IMG/VR virus record: IMGVR_UViG_3300042892_004104
Source: a virus
Taxonomy: Duplodnaviria; Heunggongvirae; Uroviricota; Caudoviricetes
DNA length: 64,000 bases
Strand: one strand, 5' to 3'
Both the position numbers and the translations under genes were made by a program. The notes beneath the pieces are model-generated. The model made no database searches, was not told where the DNA came from, and was given only the letters and a program-made list of their open reading frames with translations. Positions 54,827 through 64,000 of this stretch are shown here, one piece after another; positions within the stretch are counted from its first letter, which is position 1; the number at the start of each line of letters is the position of its first letter.

Positions 54827-55736
54827 TGTGCCAGTTGCTTCGGTAGTGGTGCTTGAAAAACTTGCTTTGTTCTGCTTCCAGCATGGCCATTGGCAGATCC
54901 AGTTGTTGATCTAGATCTTCTGCCACACGGCCTGCTAGCAATCTTGGATCACTGGATTCCACAGTCTTCCACAGTTCAGCCAGTGCATCAAAGTTCTGCA
55001 CTTGAGTATGATCCCAGTTTGTGAGCATGGTCATGTAGGTGCCTTGTCTTGCGCCGGCCATGCTCCAGTAGCCGTGGTCAACATCTGCACCTATGTTGTG
55101 CCAGATGGTGAGATGGTCCAGATTGCGTTGATGCACACGATCCTTAAATTCTTCCAGTGTGGGCTTGGCTCCGCGATTCAGGCACATCTTTACACCTTCG
55201 CGGAATCCTGCACGCCAGGCATGAAAAGCAGATCCATTGGGATAGGTTGTTGAGTAGCAGTCATGCATGGCCCAGTACAAGGGATCAAAACAAAACTCCA
55301 CCTGTGTTTCTGTGCGGCCGTCTGTGGCTTCGTGTGTGCGCATGCTGTTCACAAAGGTTTTTGTCCAAGAGCTCAGTCCACCATTGCCATACATGAGTCC
55401 GTTGACGGCATTTCTCGCTCTCCAACGGAACACAGCAGATTCATAATCTGCCGTAGCAAATGCCAAGGTCTGATTGAAGAATTTGGCGTCAGGCATGTTG
55501 TCCCCGTCGATCAGGATGAATCGTTCTGTAGTGCTAGCAGCCGCAGCGGCCTTGTGTGCTGCGTCGGACCCGCGAACGCCGTCCACACGCTGCGCCCAGG
55601 GCACCATGTTGCGTATGATTGCCCAGTATTCTTCTTTCTTGGGTTCATCAAATGTCAAAAATATCACGTCTAGGTCTGCTATGTCAATTTGTTTCATAAG
55701 TTTTCTTGGTCCATTTTTGATGGGGTCGGTGCTCAC
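54771..55736 (-). CDS. putative GT-A-fold glycosyltransferase (DxD: [10 protein letters not shown])
   Basis: DxD motif and context only. Confidence 0.4.
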   Translation of the reverse strand: MSTDPIKNGPRKLMKQIDIADLDVIFLTFDEPKKEEYWAIIRNMVPWAQRVDGVRGSDAAHKAAAAASTTERFILIDGDNMPDAKFFNQTLAFATADYESAVFRWRARNAVNGLMYGNGGLSSWTKTFVNSMRTHEATDGRTETQVEFCFDPLYWAMHDCYSTTYPNGSAFHAWRAGFREGVKMCLNRGAKPTLEEFKDRVHQRNLDHLTIWHNIGADVDHGYWSMAGARQGTYMTMLTNWDHTQVQNFDALAELWKTVESSDPRLLAGRVAEDLDQQLDLPMAMLEAEQSKFFKHHYRSNWHNEGIMVREMDVIRAQEGW

Positions 55737-56058
55737 TGACGATTACAGCGACATTGCGAAGATCGCAAGGGGATCCAGAGTCAGCAGGCACAAGTTTTGT
55801 GATTGTTTTCCACACACGTTGCGTTAGTTTTCCATCACGCACATGTACATGCATGGGGCTACGAGCATACGTTGCAGCATCTATTTCAATGTATGTACCT
55901 GGCACATCATCCATGCTGTAAAATAATGGTCGGCCATCGGAGTCATGATACAATCTATAACTCACAGGGTATGTTTCAGGCACTGCATGCAGTATGCTCC
56001 AGAATTCATCTGGTGTCATGGCTGCCACTCCTTGATGTGATAATGGAATGCACCCCAT
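55684..56058 (-). CDS. hypothetical protein (124 aa)
   Basis: ORF. Confidence 0.45.
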   Translation of the reverse strand: MGCIPLSHQGVAAMTPDEFWSILHAVPETYPVSYRLYHDSDGRPLFYSMDDVPGTYIEIDAATYARSPMHVHVRDGKLTQRVWKTITKLVPADSGSPCDLRNVAVIVSEHRPHQKWTKKTYETN

Positions 56059-56777
56059 TGTGCCACTGTGTTTATCCGTAACGGATCATGTTCCCAGATC
56101 AGTTCGTGTGTCCACTGATCGGTTGTGCCTGCATGATGCGGTTTCATGTGAACAATTTGTGGATATGTGGCAAAGGGCATGGTAACTCTGTGTTCACCCA
56201 TGATCTGTGCAGCCATGGCATACACCAGATCAGTGTCTGCTACTGCTGGCGCAAACTTTATTAGTGTGCGAACGTGTTCCCAGTTGGCAAAGATATCTTG
56301 TGTCAGGTCAAAGAATTCTTTTGCAGTTTCACTCAGGCGCCAGTAGGTAATAGCGTTGTACACATCAGGCAAGTGATTTTGATCAAATACTCGGCGATAA
56401 TGCCGAGCAGTGCTGACATCGCCGCACCAGTTTCTACAGCCTGTGCTGATCACAACATCACGGTGTCTGAACAGGTCCCACCAGTGTGAGATAGGACTGG
56501 CTATCAGCATGTCTGCTTCCAGCTTGATTGTTTCACGAAACGGCGTTAACTGAAATACTGCTGCGTCATTGGCATAGGCATTGTCTGACACAACCGGCAG
56601 CACATGCACATAATCAAACACAGAATCTTCTACTGGTTGATCTGTGATCAGGCATACTCTTGCAGTAGGATGCTGTGTCTTTAGACTTTGCACCAACATA
56701 GCAGCGCAACGAACATAGTCAACTGTGGCAGTGTTGACTGCTAGCACAACATAACCTTGTTCTTCAATGGGTCGCAA
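56016..56777 (-). CDS. nucleotide-diphospho-sugar transferase-like protein (GT-A, GT8-like)
   Basis: N-terminal [25 protein letters not shown]...VCLITDQ resembles GT8/glycogenin-type starts. Confidence 0.45.
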   Translation of the reverse strand: MRPIEEQGYVVLAVNTATVDYVRCAAMLVQSLKTQHPTARVCLITDQPVEDSVFDYVHVLPVVSDNAYANDAAVFQLTPFRETIKLEADMLIASPISHWWDLFRHRDVVISTGCRNWCGDVSTARHYRRVFDQNHLPDVYNAITYWRLSETAKEFFDLTQDIFANWEHVRTLIKFAPAVADTDLVYAMAAQIMGEHRVTMPFATYPQIVHMKPHHAGTTDQWTHELIWEHDPLRINTVAQWGAFHYHIKEWQP

Positions 56778-57576
56778 TTATGTTCTCCAGGTGCTGTTTG
56801 CCCATGGCATGAAAATCTGTAGTATGCCATTGAATGTATTTTGATTGGTTGTCTGGGTCGCGATATGTGATGCGGTATGTATCAGTTTGGTGTGCAATTT
56901 TGGTCAGCACTGTGTCTGGCATTACAGTCAGTAAGGGCCAGGGCATTTCATCTACCCGGCCTGTGTGGCCGCTCACAATTCCCAGAGCAATACTCAAGGC
57001 AAAATCATTACGATAGGTCTTGTTGTCAATGCCATACAGTGCGCGGTAATGTTCCCAGTTGTTTCGAATCATCTGCATGCAGTCAAATATATATTGTGCA
57101 GTGTTTGACCGACGAAATAACATTACTGTGGCCCACCACATGGGCATGCTATGCCGTCCAAAAACATTGAGTCCTTTCAAAGGATGCCCAGTGCTGAAGT
57201 TGACGGCCGATCGATGACACATAAAGTCTGTGTTGTATTCTAAAATTCTTTTGAGATCTGAACTGGCTACTACATAGTCTGCATCCAAGACCAGAGTCTG
57301 ATCCCAGGGCGTTAGATCATATGCGTTGACCCTACCGGCGTTGTGCCAGGTCACTGTGCTGGCATAGTCTTCAAACCATCGTGTGCCACCGGCGTCTGGT
57401 TTTGCATGTACCACTTGATCAAATGCGTTGAGTCTGGGATCTGCAGGATCCGCGTTAGTGACCACTGCAACAGGAATGTTTAAGTGCCGACGAATGTTTT
57501 CAGCACTCCAGGCGGCCAAGCGCACATAATCAGTGGCTTCGTTGTTGAAGGCAAATATCAGTGCGCCTGTGGTCAT
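56764..57576 (-). CDS. nucleotide-diphospho-sugar transferase-like protein, paralog of 56016-56777
   Basis: GALIFAFNNEATDYVRLAAWSAENIRRHLNIPVAVVTN parallels the neighbouring gene's N-terminus. Confidence 0.45.
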   Translation of the reverse strand: MTTGALIFAFNNEATDYVRLAAWSAENIRRHLNIPVAVVTNADPADPRLNAFDQVVHAKPDAGGTRWFEDYASTVTWHNAGRVNAYDLTPWDQTLVLDADYVVASSDLKRILEYNTDFMCHRSAVNFSTGHPLKGLNVFGRHSMPMWWATVMLFRRSNTAQYIFDCMQMIRNNWEHYRALYGIDNKTYRNDFALSIALGIVSGHTGRVDEMPWPLLTVMPDTVLTKIAHQTDTYRITYRDPDNQSKYIQWHTTDFHAMGKQHLENIIATH

Positions 57577-57881
57577 CGCTGTTGACGTTGTTGGTCAAAT
57601 TCCACAAGCCATGCATTCATTTGTTCTTGCCAACGATCAAATGCCAGGTGTTGTAATTCTAACGGACTTATCTTTACAGGAGTATCATAAAGATCCAGTA
57701 ACACTACATGGTCCTCAACAGGAACAGACTGCAGCACTGCCAGCAGTTCAGGGCCAGCACGCCACATTCCGCCGCTGTGGGCAAACAGCATACGGGCCTG
57801 GTATTTTTCTTTGAGCACACGGCGTGCAGTTGCATGATCAAAACGTGTTCGTGCGTGGGCAATTAAAGCATCAGTATCCAT
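57573..57881 (-). CDS. hypothetical protein (102 aa)
   Basis: ORF. Confidence 0.45.
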   Translation of the reverse strand: MDTDALIAHARTRFDHATARRVLKEKYQARMLFAHSGGMWRAGPELLAVLQSVPVEDHVVLLDLYDTPVKISPLELQHLAFDRWQEQMNAWLVEFDQQRQQR

Positions 57882-57936
57882 GCTGTATTATATTACAAAT
57901 CTAGATAAAAGTAAAGGGGCAGCAGCCCCTTTTTGG

Positions 57937-58905
57937 TTAAGTTGTTGTGGCAGCCACAGTTGGCGTGCCCCAAGAAGCTGTGGTCAGATAAGTTGATGAT
58001 GGCGGGAAATAAGTCACAATTGTGGTGGGTGCTGTGCCTGGAGTTGCGCCCGAACTAGCTGTGCCGCCTGTAATTGCATCGCCGTCCGATGCTGACCAAA
58101 GTGTTGTGATAACCAATGTGTCCGAACCAGCACCTTTGGCAATTGAGTGTTGAATAAAGTTTGCGGTGTAGGGAGCAGTGTCGGCAAATTGCTTGTACAC
58201 AATGGTAGCAGCCGCGCCTGCCGTCAAGTCATACCAACCAGTTGTGGTCAGCAGTATAGTAGGAGTTCCTGTGCCGCCGGTTTTGGTGGTGCCTGTGTAG
58301 TTGGCACCAGAAATGGTTTGTGTGGCTGTACCGCCTGTGATAAAAATATCACCGCACAAGGTGTTGGCCAGGTCGTTCCATTCTGGGTCGCCCACGTCGC
58401 CTGTGGCAGTTTTGCTCACGTCGATCTTGATTCGGCCACCGGCGTTGAAGAAATAACGGGCAGCGTCAGCTGATGCAAATGTCACTGTGTTCACAAATGA
58501 GATAGTCCAGGTTGCGCCCGAAGTGGCTGCTGTTTTTGAATTGGTGCCGGTGTAGCCGGTGAACTGTGTGCCATTGGCCACAGCGTTTTGGCGGTTGGTA
58601 GTAATATTGGTCAGGTCAGTGTTGAGTGCAGCCAGAATGTCAATGGTGTTGCCAGTTACTGGGGCAGTTCTAGCAGTGATAGTTGTACCTGTTTGGCTGC
58701 CCATGCTGCTAATGGTGTTTACCAGGCTGGCCCATTGGGTAGCACTAATTGATCCTGCTGCTGCCACCGTAGCCAGTGCTGATTGTCCCCACCCTGAATC
58801 AGTTGAGCCAGTGCTCCATACGTTGTTGATGTTGGCTCCTGCTGTGGTGCTTACAAACCCGTTGTAGTCTGTGGCTTCAATTAATTGACCCGCTGAATAT
58901 GTCAT
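57937..58905 (-). CDS. tail-fibre-like structural protein (Thr/Gly/Ala-rich, 322 aa)
   Basis: Composition and position next to the tail fibre gene. Confidence 0.5.
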   Translation of the reverse strand: MTYSAGQLIEATDYNGFVSTTAGANINNVWSTGSTDSGWGQSALATVAAAGSISATQWASLVNTISSMGSQTGTTITARTAPVTGNTIDILAALNTDLTNITTNRQNAVANGTQFTGYTGTNSKTAATSGATWTISFVNTVTFASADAARYFFNAGGRIKIDVSKTATGDVGDPEWNDLANTLCGDIFITGGTATQTISGANYTGTTKTGGTGTPTILLTTTGWYDLTAGAAATIVYKQFADTAPYTANFIQHSIAKGAGSDTLVITTLWSASDGDAITGGTASSGATPGTAPTTIVTYFPPSSTYLTTASWGTPTVAATTT

Positions 58906-58919
58906 TTTGGTATCCTATA

Positions 58920-60707
58920 TTAGTTCTTGATTGTAACAATTGCTTCAATTGTACCTGATTCAGGGGTTAGTTTGTCAACCAGACTTCGTCCAATCACGTT
59001 GAATGCTGTGGCTTCGCCAGGTTGTGCTGCTCGAGCAACACCGTCACCGGCACTGACCAAGCGATCACCTTTGCGTACCCGCCCCACTATCTTGACTGGC
59101 ACACGACCAGTCATGGCCACTGCAGGGTGAGTATCATCTTCGCCTGCACCACCGTTCATCATGAAAGCAGGATTGGTTGAAATAACTCCAAACACCTGCT
59201 CGCTTAGATCATTGGTAGCACGAGTAATTTCTTTGGTGCCGCCAAGTTCGACCACTGTGCCTGGCTCCATGACTTCGTCAGCTGCAAAACGTTCTGCAAC
59301 GTCAGCGTATAGGGCAGTGGTTGCTGTGGCAAACACACGGTTAAAGTAATTAACGGAACTGCCAATGTTGCCCACAGCGTTAGTTCCTGATTTGGCAATA
59401 CTAGCTGTTGTGAGTCCTAAAAACACGCCGCCTGTGGTTGTGAACACAGCCACGTTTGATGTTCCGGCTACGTTGAAGTTGATGTTACCACCTGATTCGC
59501 CAACGTTGCCTTCTGATGTTCCATTCACAAACTTAGTGACACTAACGCCCAGGCTCAGTCCAGTCAGTTGTGAACCGTTACCAATAAAAAATGTGCCAGC
59601 AACATTGGCTGCACTGGTGATATTGCCTGCAGCACTGACCAGGCCTGCTGTGCGCAAGTTGCCGCCTGTGACGTTGGCAGTACTGGTAATTGCACCTGTT
59701 GCAGTGATCAAACCTGCAGTCACAATGTTGCCGCCAGTGACGTTGCCTGTGGCCACAACTTGTGCACCTGTGTTCAAGTTTGCACCAGTAATATTGCCAG
59801 TCACGCTGAGTGTTGTGCCTACTGTGGCAGCATTGCTGACTGCAAATGTGCCACTGGCTCCCAGTGCACGAGCAACGTCAAACAATGTTCCGCCCACGTT
59901 GGATTGAATTACCAAGTTACCGCCTGAAATTCCGCTGCGTACAACACCATCGTTGCCAGTTTCAGAAATAATAGCAGCGTTGCCAGTTCCCACAAACAAA
60001 CCTAGATCATTGTTGATTCGCACTGTGCCGCTGGTGGCGGTGTTGGCAGTGGCTCGCATGAAGTCGGTTGAGTCCAGGCTGTCCAGCAGCTGGGCATTGG
60101 TTGCACTTCCGCCAAACACAGGAGATCCTGAATTCCACAGTGTGATACCGTTGAAGATCGACGGGAAATCTGTGTTGATAGGAGCAGCAGGAGTAAAAGT
60201 AGCGTCTTTGCTCACAATAGCCACTCGTGTGTTGTTCACATACAAGCTGGTTATAAAGTGAGGACTTGCGCTGGAGTCATTGATGGTTTCAGGAATAGCA
60301 CCTGTGGTACCCTGAGTGCTGGAGAAAGCAGGACCTACCACAATAAATGCAGCACCTGTCCAAACTTTCAGTTGCTGGTTTACTGTGTCATACCATAGAT
60401 CGCCTTGCACATTGGAAGTGGGAGCAGTGGCACTGGATGTGGCTGCTGAAATTGTTTTGAAAATGGTACCGTTGTAGACCTTGAGCAAGAAATTGGTCTT
60501 GTCCCACCACAGTTGCCCTGTCAGCGGAGCAGCAGGAGCAGTGGTGTTTGAACCGCATTCCAGCAAGTGAATAAAGTTTTCGTCCAAAAACTCACCGTAT
60601 CCAGCGTAGTTTTTGCCCACCAAGATCATGCTAGAGCTGGTGTTTACTGTACCGTCTGCAATTGTTGCAAAAACGTTACCGTCGGTAAGATTGATTATGT
60701 ATGCCAT
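58920..60707 (-). CDS. tail fibre protein with G-N-(I/V)-T-G-(A/G)-N repeat beta-structure
   Basis: N-terminal GQLWWDKTN...LKVYNG and GDLWYDTVNQQLKVWTG motifs typical of phage fibre N-termini; ~10 tandem 7-11-aa repeats (GNITGANLNTGAQVVATGNVTGGNIVTAG...). Confidence 0.7.
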   Translation of the reverse strand: MAYIINLTDGNVFATIADGTVNTSSSMILVGKNYAGYGEFLDENFIHLLECGSNTTAPAAPLTGQLWWDKTNFLLKVYNGTIFKTISAATSSATAPTSNVQGDLWYDTVNQQLKVWTGAAFIVVGPAFSSTQGTTGAIPETINDSSASPHFITSLYVNNTRVAIVSKDATFTPAAPINTDFPSIFNGITLWNSGSPVFGGSATNAQLLDSLDSTDFMRATANTATSGTVRINNDLGLFVGTGNAAIISETGNDGVVRSGISGGNLVIQSNVGGTLFDVARALGASGTFAVSNAATVGTTLSVTGNITGANLNTGAQVVATGNVTGGNIVTAGLITATGAITSTANVTGGNLRTAGLVSAAGNITSAANVAGTFFIGNGSQLTGLSLGVSVTKFVNGTSEGNVGESGGNINFNVAGTSNVAVFTTTGGVFLGLTTASIAKSGTNAVGNIGSSVNYFNRVFATATTALYADVAERFAADEVMEPGTVVELGGTKEITRATNDLSEQVFGVISTNPAFMMNGGAGEDDTHPAVAMTGRVPVKIVGRVRKGDRLVSAGDGVARAAQPGEATAFNVIGRSLVDKLTPESGTIEAIVTIKN

Positions 60708-60735
60708 GTTGGTCGCCTATTCCTGTTGTCAATAT

Positions 60736-61344
60736 TTATACAGCATTGATGTTACTCAATGTCTGGATTCGTACGGTGTAGTCAATTTGAATTTGTCGGT
60801 TCAAACTCTTTTGCACCGGGTGAAAAATCACATGTGTGATCAAGCGTAAATCGTCTGCTGCACCGTTCCAGACTTTGAGTCCCAGTTCGTCAAACACAAA
60901 TTCGCCGTTGAAGTCGGTTGAGTTGTCAAATGCCTGCTGTGTTGGCGGCTCGCCGTAGTCCAGCAAACATGTGACCAAGATATCAGTGTACACGTTGCCT
61001 GAAGTATGCAACACAGTCATGCGGTTGTTTACAGGATCTTGGTTGGCTGCACTTTGATCATCCACTACTTTTTGATAGGTTTGATTGTACAAGTCAGCGT
61101 TTTGTCCGATGGTATTAGGGGGCAAATAGGTAATAACACCTGTGGGGTCAACTGAACTGCCGCCGTTACCAAAAGCCATTTCGTAGACGTAACCCAAATT
61201 TCTGTTGCTCAGAGTCTGTGCCATTGCAATTGAGATGTTTTCGTAGTGAATAGCATTCTTTTTGTCCACCAACACTTCACCTGTTACAGGGTCGTGGATT
61301 TTGATAAATCCTTCAATTTTTGCAAGACCAGGAGTGATAATCAT
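60736..61344 (-). CDS. structural or hypothetical protein (202 aa)
   Basis: ORF within the structural block. Confidence 0.5.
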   Translation of the reverse strand: MIITPGLAKIEGFIKIHDPVTGEVLVDKKNAIHYENISIAMAQTLSNRNLGYVYEMAFGNGGSSVDPTGVITYLPPNTIGQNADLYNQTYQKVVDDQSAANQDPVNNRMTVLHTSGNVYTDILVTCLLDYGEPPTQQAFDNSTDFNGEFVFDELGLKVWNGAADDLRLITHVIFHPVQKSLNRQIQIDYTVRIQTLSNINAV

Positions 61345-61493
61345 GCTCGACCCTCCACGTAGGTTTTTTGGGTAGCAGGATCAAAAATTCGCATGTGTGC
61401 CTGTACTGAAATAGACCCTTTTTCGTTGGGTCTTGCAGGACGCTGCTGAACAGCAGGTACTGTGGGTTTTGTCGACTGTGTGTTTGTCATGAT
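61344..61493 (-). CDS. 49-aa small protein
   Basis: ATGA-coupled to the downstream gene. Confidence 0.3.
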
Positions 61494-61512
61494 CTTTTAT
61501 TTACCTTGTTTA

Positions 61513-63975
61513 TTACCCACGCAAGAACCTTGCTGCACGAGTATTGGTATCTTGTAAGGCAACGCCGTTGCTGGCAGTGCCCACACCTGGTTCGTACCAA
61601 CTTACACCACGGCGAATCAAGATTGTAACTTCAATTCCTTCTGGTGGTAATGCTTCCAGAAATTCCACAGCCACAGGGTCAAAATTGGTCACAACCCAAG
61701 GGTACGGCGATTCTGTAATAAAAGCAGGATACTGACGTTGGCCGCCCACATACACTTCAATAGCATCAACAAACACACTACTAGAATCTCCAAAATCAAC
61801 ATCAGTTATACTTGGTGCGTAATACACCACAGTTGACCCATCGCCTAGTGCAGTGTCACTGACCACACGATCTTGATATTCTGGATCCAACAAGTTGCCA
61901 CGACCAAGATCAGTTACACTTGCTCCCACTGCATGGTCAGCAGCGGCTGTGCCTGCAGTGCCCCGCAACAAACTACTGATGGTTTTGGCAGCAAGATCAC
62001 GTGTGCGATACATGATACGTTCGCCATCAATAATTACCACACCAAAAATGCCCAACTCTAAATTAGGCTCGCTTAGTGCTGCAGCGTCTACCACCTGGAT
62101 AGAATCCGCAGCAGCAGACACGGCTGCCGCCAGTTCTGTGGTTGTGGTACGAGTAATTCTGTAAACTGCTTGTACTCCACGCATGTCCTGGAATATACGG
62201 AAATCCAGTTCTTCAGGAGTCACACTGTTGGTAAATTGAGTCACAGCCATTATCTGTGTTGACCCAATTGCACCAGAACTCAAGATCACAAATCCATTAT
62301 CCACGGTGTAGTCTGCACCTTCAAACAGTCTATAGCCATCCAGTGTGACCCAAAGTCTGCTGGCCACAATGTCTGTACGTCCTAGATTAAACTGATTGTT
62401 GGCCACTGACGTACCAGCGGTGTAATCATAAGATCCAGGAGTGTTGTTGACAACTGCAGGATCGTAATCAGTGCTGTCATAGGGCTCGTTGATGGTGATG
62501 CCTGATGTCACTGGACCTACAAATACCTGTGTCAAGATATCTTGTTGGGCAGTGTCGTTCCAGGTAGTAATTTCAAATACATCTCCAGAATTCACTGTGC
62601 CCACAATCTGAACTTGACTGGCTCCTATTATATAATCAGCTACAGTGTTGACTGATATCAAGATCTTGGCTCCTGCTGCAGGCGGAGTTGCAAATATCAC
62701 TTGGCGGCCTGGAGTGTTTGAGCCGTCCCAGTTGGACACACTAAAATTTCCCACAAACGATCCAAGACTTTGTGTCTGGACTGCACCGTCTACCCATACT
62801 AGAACATCAGTGGCAGGGTCAATGATGTTTTGTTGATAACCACCTCGCTGTGGCAATCCAAAACTCACGCTGCTGTCGTCACCAATCCATTCAATGCCTT
62901 CTGCAGGACGAAGTCTCAAGCCGTTGCGTGTCACAATCATGTTGGCAGGGTTGGTGCCTCGGAGACTGTTGGTGGTTGTGATAGTTTTGGTGATGGCCAA
63001 TGCTGCACCCGCGACTACTGTTTGTATTTGCGGGGTGCTCCAGGAGTATTGAATTGGACTCGTTGTGCCCAGGGCCACCAACGAAACACCATCGTTGACA
63101 CCCAGGGTTGTACCAAAATTTACCTGAGACTCCAGAGTTGGTGCAAATTCAAACCAGTACAATACGTTGTCGATAGCAACGCCGTCCGGAACTGGTTGCA
63201 ATGCACGATAATATGTGTTGTCATCAATGACCACTGCTGATTGTTCATACGAATCAAGAATTGACCAGACTGCAGCGTCAAAGTACGGTTCCCAGGTCAC
63301 GTTGTCAATCAGTTGACCATTTACAAACACAGCCACATCAAAAATTTCAGCTTCGTTGACTGGAATAATCACTGAACTGCCAACATCTGCTCCGATGTAG
63401 TTGGCACGATACAATTGACTTCCGCCGCCAGCTTCGTAGACAGAAATATTCACAATGTCGTTGTTGGCAACGCCTGACACAAAAGACACAGTCTGGTTCA
63501 CCCAGTTCACTGTGTAGTTGACGTCTCGAGCTAGGTCACGACCTGTGGTCAAATTGCTGACCAACACTTGCACAGGATTTTCAACCACATTGGCCCAGCT
63601 GTATGTTCCGGTCACAGCAGGTTCGTAGGTGTATCGTACAGTGCCAATTTCAAAACCGTGTCCGTCAAGGCTCCAGTCGCTGCCAGGGCGTGTGAACACT
63701 CGGAAATCTAGTGTGTCAAATTCTGAACCGTTGACTAGTTCTTCAGGAGCATGTCCTTCGTAGGGTCCAATGAATTCTCCGCCGTTGACATTGATGTCAG
63801 AAAAACGATTGCCTAGCGTAGTGTCAGTAAATTCACTTTGATACACTGCATCTAATGCATTTGGATCGCCTAGAAAATATTCTCCGTATACCTGTACTCC
63901 TGGATAGTCTATGCCGTCGATCAACAACGGCAGTTCTAGACCAGGTGAGTTAACTCCTGCAACATACAAACCCAT
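61513..63975 (-). CDS. large virion structural protein (820 aa; baseplate or fibre-associated)
   Basis: Size, composition and position; no catalytic motif. Confidence 0.6.
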   Translation of the reverse strand: MGLYVAGVNSPGLELPLLIDGIDYPGVQVYGEYFLGDPNALDAVYQSEFTDTTLGNRFSDINVNGGEFIGPYEGHAPEELVNGSEFDTLDFRVFTRPGSDWSLDGHGFEIGTVRYTYEPAVTGTYSWANVVENPVQVLVSNLTTGRDLARDVNYTVNWVNQTVSFVSGVANNDIVNISVYEAGGGSQLYRANYIGADVGSSVIIPVNEAEIFDVAVFVNGQLIDNVTWEPYFDAAVWSILDSYEQSAVVIDDNTYYRALQPVPDGVAIDNVLYWFEFAPTLESQVNFGTTLGVNDGVSLVALGTTSPIQYSWSTPQIQTVVAGAALAITKTITTTNSLRGTNPANMIVTRNGLRLRPAEGIEWIGDDSSVSFGLPQRGGYQQNIIDPATDVLVWVDGAVQTQSLGSFVGNFSVSNWDGSNTPGRQVIFATPPAAGAKILISVNTVADYIIGASQVQIVGTVNSGDVFEITTWNDTAQQDILTQVFVGPVTSGITINEPYDSTDYDPAVVNNTPGSYDYTAGTSVANNQFNLGRTDIVASRLWVTLDGYRLFEGADYTVDNGFVILSSGAIGSTQIMAVTQFTNSVTPEELDFRIFQDMRGVQAVYRITRTTTTELAAAVSAAADSIQVVDAAALSEPNLELGIFGVVIIDGERIMYRTRDLAAKTISSLLRGTAGTAAADHAVGASVTDLGRGNLLDPEYQDRVVSDTALGDGSTVVYYAPSITDVDFGDSSSVFVDAIEVYVGGQRQYPAFITESPYPWVVTNFDPVAVEFLEALPPEGIEVTILIRRGVSWYEPGVGTASNGVALQDTNTRAARFLRG

Positions 63976-64000
63976 GGTACGGTCAACGCCGCTGAGCCCT

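Noticed and set aside
1-64000. CRISPR array or integrase/transposase-type mobile elements
   Set aside because: No regularly spaced direct repeats with unique spacers and no recombinase motifs seen; the only mobile-type gene is the GIY-YIG endonuclease

Overview
This 64 kb window reads as a fragment of a large virulent tailed-phage genome (roughly mid-40s % GC by eye), with gene-dense, mostly co-directional blocks. It holds about 30 tRNA genes in four clusters (40-126, 4.6-5.9 kb, 8.2-9.9 kb, 11.7-13.7 kb, 16.3-16.6 kb), and at least 12 near-consensus sigma70-type promoters (TTGACA-17-TATAAT), which suggests an early/host-takeover region. Long arrays of translationally coupled small ORFs share conserved termini (MNxRIxELAEQA ... 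KFAELIV ... HFGVEE*), and an ~18-nt gene-junction motif (TTTGGAGTTGAAGAATGA) recurs about 20 times. The tRNA regions also carry a family of long-stem hairpin repeats built on GTGTGTTTCTATATGGT and its complement. Auxiliary genes include a GIY-YIG homing endonuclease, a calcineurin-like phosphoesterase, a MoxR/CobS-like AAA+ ATPase paired with a VWA protein, thyX, an SPFH lipoprotein, a fatty-acid-hydroxylase-like membrane protein, a B12-binding radical SAM enzyme with a PP-loop ATPase, and an amino-sugar module (epimerase/dehydratase, DegT aminotransferase, hexapeptide acyltransferase). The most striking block is a minus-strand island at about 40-57.6 kb. It carries six tandem radical SAM paralogs with a seventh copy displaced at 5.9 kb, three GT10 (fucosyltransferase-like) paralogs, a NodU/CmcH carbamoyltransferase, an amidinotransferase-fold protein and further GT-A transferases. 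I read it as a candidate novel glycan or DNA hypermodification system, placed immediately upstream of the tail-fibre and structural genes at 57.9-64 kb. All calls rest on reading the sequence and the supplied ORF translations; no database search was possible.
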